Assembly (NCBI GenBank): GCA_038087875.1
Contig: CM075989.1
Coordinates: 21,330,001 to 21,394,000, forward strand
DNA from: Malacoraja senta
Taxonomy: Eukaryota
DNA: 64,000 bases
Reading direction: 5' to 3'
Below the pieces are notes generated by a model. The model had not been told where the DNA came from. It saw nothing but the letters and a program-made list of their open reading frames with translations, and made no database searches. Each line of letters begins with the position of its first letter. The first letter of the stretch is position 1. Position numbers and translations under genes: made by a program. Below are positions 62,851 through 64,000 of the stretch, piece by piece.

Positions 62851-63574
62851 TGGAGCACAAAACTCCCAGGTTTCACTCAGCTTGGATGTTTGTAGAACGG
62901 TATCCTGAATTCTTCATTGCCTTTTCTTGTTCTTCCTACCGAAAATGCCACACCTTTATTGTTTGTTTAAGAAGCAATTAGACAGGATAGGACAGGTTTA
63001 GAGCGATATGGGCCAAGGGCGGGCATGTGGGACTAGTGTAGATGGGGCATGTTGGTGGGAGTGGGCAAGTTGGGTGGAAGGGTCTGTTTCCACACTCTAT
63101 GACTCAAAACTCAAAACTAATGGAGAATTCCTGTGAACGACAACTACTTTCTTCTTTGTTTTATCGGTTTACAGTGAGTGCTAGAACGTGGAGAGAAGAG
63201 CCAACTTGTGATGGATGTGATAATAGAAGGCTTGAATTCTTTCTGTAACAGACATCATGCGAACACCAAAGGCTTTTAAAGCTAATGATGGCTTCAGCTT
63301 AATTTTCAATAGAATTCAATTAATGCTTACTAAACTTGGTAAATCACACAGCATGTGTACACATCTCAAAAGAAATGTAGAGAGGAATGGATTTTGTGCA
63401 AAACACATTGGCAATATATGGCCACGGGCTTGTCTGCAGAAGTTTCCAACAGCAGTTTTGTAGCTTAATTAAGCTCCATATTATCCAAAGATGCTGATGT
63501 CACCAACATTTCACACCACTATCATTGTGCACTATTGTAATAAGCAGAATAAAACAACAACTTCACACATTAGA

Positions 63575-63892
63575 ATTTTAGTTTAGCTTCGTTTAGAGAT
63601 ACAGGGCGTAAACAGGCCCTTCGGCCCACCGAGTCCACACCGACCAGCGATGCCCGCACACTAACGCTATCCTACACACACTGTGGAACAATTGACATTT
63701 ATACCAAAACAATTAGCCTAATAAACCTGCACGTCTTTGGAGTTTGGGAGGAAACCGGAAATCCAGGAGAAACCCAGGCAGGTCACCGGGAGAACGTACA
63801 AACTCCGTACAGACAGCATCCGTAGTCAGGATCGATCCCGGGTCTCTGGTGCTGTAAGACAGCAACTCTACCGCTGCGCCACCATGCCGCCA
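63575..63892 (-). mobile_element. HE1-like V-SINE
   Basis: Reverse complement, full length. Confidence 0.85.
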
Positions 63893-64000
63893 TTGTGTTT
63901 ACATGCCTTCTGTTACAGAACGATTGATAAATTCAAATCTAATATCTATGTATGCTTGAGTCTAATTTAACATTGTTTTACTCCAAAGAAAACAATCAGC

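Overview
Eukaryotic, repeat-dominated window with no recognisable intact host gene. It is most likely intronic or intergenic DNA of a cartilaginous fish (skate, ray or shark), judged from about 30 copies of an HE1-like tRNA-derived V-SINE and many 5'-truncated CR1/HER1 LINE 3' ends. Other elements are Rex1/L2, R2-Hero, Tx1 and RTE-like fragments, five PIF/Harbinger-type MITEs (TWA TSD), a hAT-Charlie MITE (8-bp TSD), a 1,047-bp TIR element with a 7-bp TSD, microsatellites and a 200-N assembly gap. The most striking signal is a dispersed short repeat carrying a minimal type-I hammerhead ribozyme motif (CTGAAGA-A-GGGTCtcGACCC-GAAACGTC). At 58772-59170 this repeat is the 3' tail of a Penelope-like GIY-YIG ORF remnant. 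Elsewhere it occurs as about 100-230-bp units, mostly fold-back, with their own 11-15-bp TSDs, and as a tandem dimer, suggesting a retrozyme-like non-autonomous system. There are also local inverted duplications and templated insertions, an old tandem duplicate of a non-repeat element, and CNE-like unique blocks. All family assignments are by eye from remembered consensus features; no database search was run. Repeat boundaries without a TSD are approximate.
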